A stretch of 32,000 bases of DNA, taken from Nitrososphaera viennensis EN76 (GTDB lineage: Archaea > Thermoproteota > Nitrososphaeria > Nitrososphaerales > Nitrososphaeraceae). The stretch is from NCBI RefSeq assembly GCF_000698785.1, contig NZ_CP007536.1, positions 1,500,001-1,532,000 of the forward strand, read 5' to 3'. Position numbers and translations under genes: made by a program. The notes beneath the pieces are model-generated. The model was not told the DNA's origin. It worked only from the letters and a program-made list of their open reading frames with translations, and did not search any database. This document shows, piece after piece, positions 31,257 through 32,000 of the stretch. The stretch's first letter is position 1; each line of letters starts with the position of its first letter.

Positions 31257-32000
31257 ATGCAGTACAGGATGATAAAACGCCTCGGGTCCGGCGGCTTTGG
31301 GAACGTCTACCAGGTAGAGGGGAGCGACGGCAACACCTACGCAATGAAGCTCCTAAAAAGCGCCGACGTGGTAAACAAGAAGCGCTTTGAGCGCGAGATC
31401 AAGATACTGGCCACCCTGGACCACCCAAGCGTGGTCAGGATATACCAGTGGAACCTCGGGGGCGACCCTCCCGACTTTAGCCCGTGGTACGTCATGGAGT
31501 ACCTGCGCGGGGGCTCGCTTCGGGAGCACATGGACGAAAAGTTCCGCGACAGGTATGTGTTCCAGCGGAACAGGTCCATAAACTCGATAATCCTGCCCGT
31601 ATGCAACGCGCTTGCGCAGGCCCACAGCCTGGGCATATACCACCGCGATTTAAAGCCAGACAACATCATGTACGTGGATGGCGACAGGACGGCCATCAAG
31701 ATAACGGACTGGGGCCTCGGCAGGGACATCAACAGAAAATCTTTGATGCTAACGGCGGAGATAGGCCACGTCGGGGGCGACCCGGGCTACTGCGCGCCCG
31801 AGCAATGGTTTGCCGCCGAAAACCATGTTGACGGCAGGGCCGACATATTCTCGATGGGGGTGATGCTGTACGAAATGATGACCGGCAGGAGGCCGGCGCA
31901 CTATGACAACCACATGGGCAGGCCCGCCGTCGAGCCGCCGTCAAAGTTCCATCCAAGCATATCTCCCCAGATGGACAGGCTGGTACTGAAGATGCTCAGC
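31257..32000 (+). CDS. Hanks-type serine/threonine protein kinase, 3' end cut by window edge
   Basis: Own translation (not in the ORF track): MQYRMIKRLGSGGFGNVYQV...YAMKLL...HRDLKPDNIM...ITDWGLG...GDPGYCAPE. Glycine loop, catalytic loop, DFG-variant and APE motifs are all present. Confidence 0.85.
   Translation, partial: MQYRMIKRLGSGGFGNVYQVEGSDGNTYAMKLLKSADVVNKKRFEREIKILATLDHPSVVRIYQWNLGGDPPDFSPWYVMEYLRGGSLREHMDEKFRDRYVFQRNRSINSIILPVCNALAQAHSLGIYHRDLKPDNIMYVDGDRTAIKITDWGLGRDINRKSLMLTAEIGHVGGDPGYCAPEQWFAAENHVDGRADIFSMGVMLYEMMTGRRPAHYDNHMGRPAVEPPSKFHPSISPQMDRLVLKMLS

Noticed and set aside
1-32000. Search for tRNA genes, CRISPR repeats, transposases, integrases and toxin-antitoxin pairs across the window.
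   Set aside because: No T-loop/acceptor-like sequences, regularly spaced repeats or recognisable mobile-element proteins were found by eye. This negative result has limited power without tRNAscan or HMM tools.

Overview
GC-rich archaeal chromosome segment, most consistent with an ammonia-oxidising thaumarchaeon of the Nitrososphaera type. This is inferred from gene content (ABCE1, Ard1-type acetyltransferase, split transketolase, stand-alone 5S rRNA, copper proteins, TATA-box gene starts); no database search was possible. Positions 1-20.4 kb are tightly packed core genes: pyrE, M50 protease, Ard1, dodecin, Trm5/Taw-like methyltransferase, ABCE1, an Lrp-like regulator, 5S rRNA and leucyl aminopeptidase. 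They also hold a non-oxidative pentose-phosphate cluster with a transketolase-N::ribulose-phosphate-epimerase fusion, then a NorQ/NorD-like AAA+/VWA pair beside a hemerythrin-like protein and a cupredoxin-fused two-domain multicopper oxidase. Positions 20.4-31.2 kb look accessory, with small regulators, zinc-ribbon proteins and many membrane-anchored or secreted proteins with homopolymeric linkers. A ~1.2 kb gene-plus-promoter duplication (23.6 and 28.7 kb) shows gene-conversion-like mosaic identity and brackets a putative envelope-glycan remodelling gene set. Most unusual is a family of perfectly alternating purine-pyrimidine tracts (15-48 nt, Z-DNA/cruciform-prone), all intergenic, three of which share a 16-nt core. 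A 21-nt operator-like element (20/21 identical) sits upstream of two promoters flanking a ribbon-helix-helix regulator gene. No CRISPR array, tRNA, transposase or integrase was seen. All functional calls come from motif recognition by eye and need HMM/BLAST confirmation.
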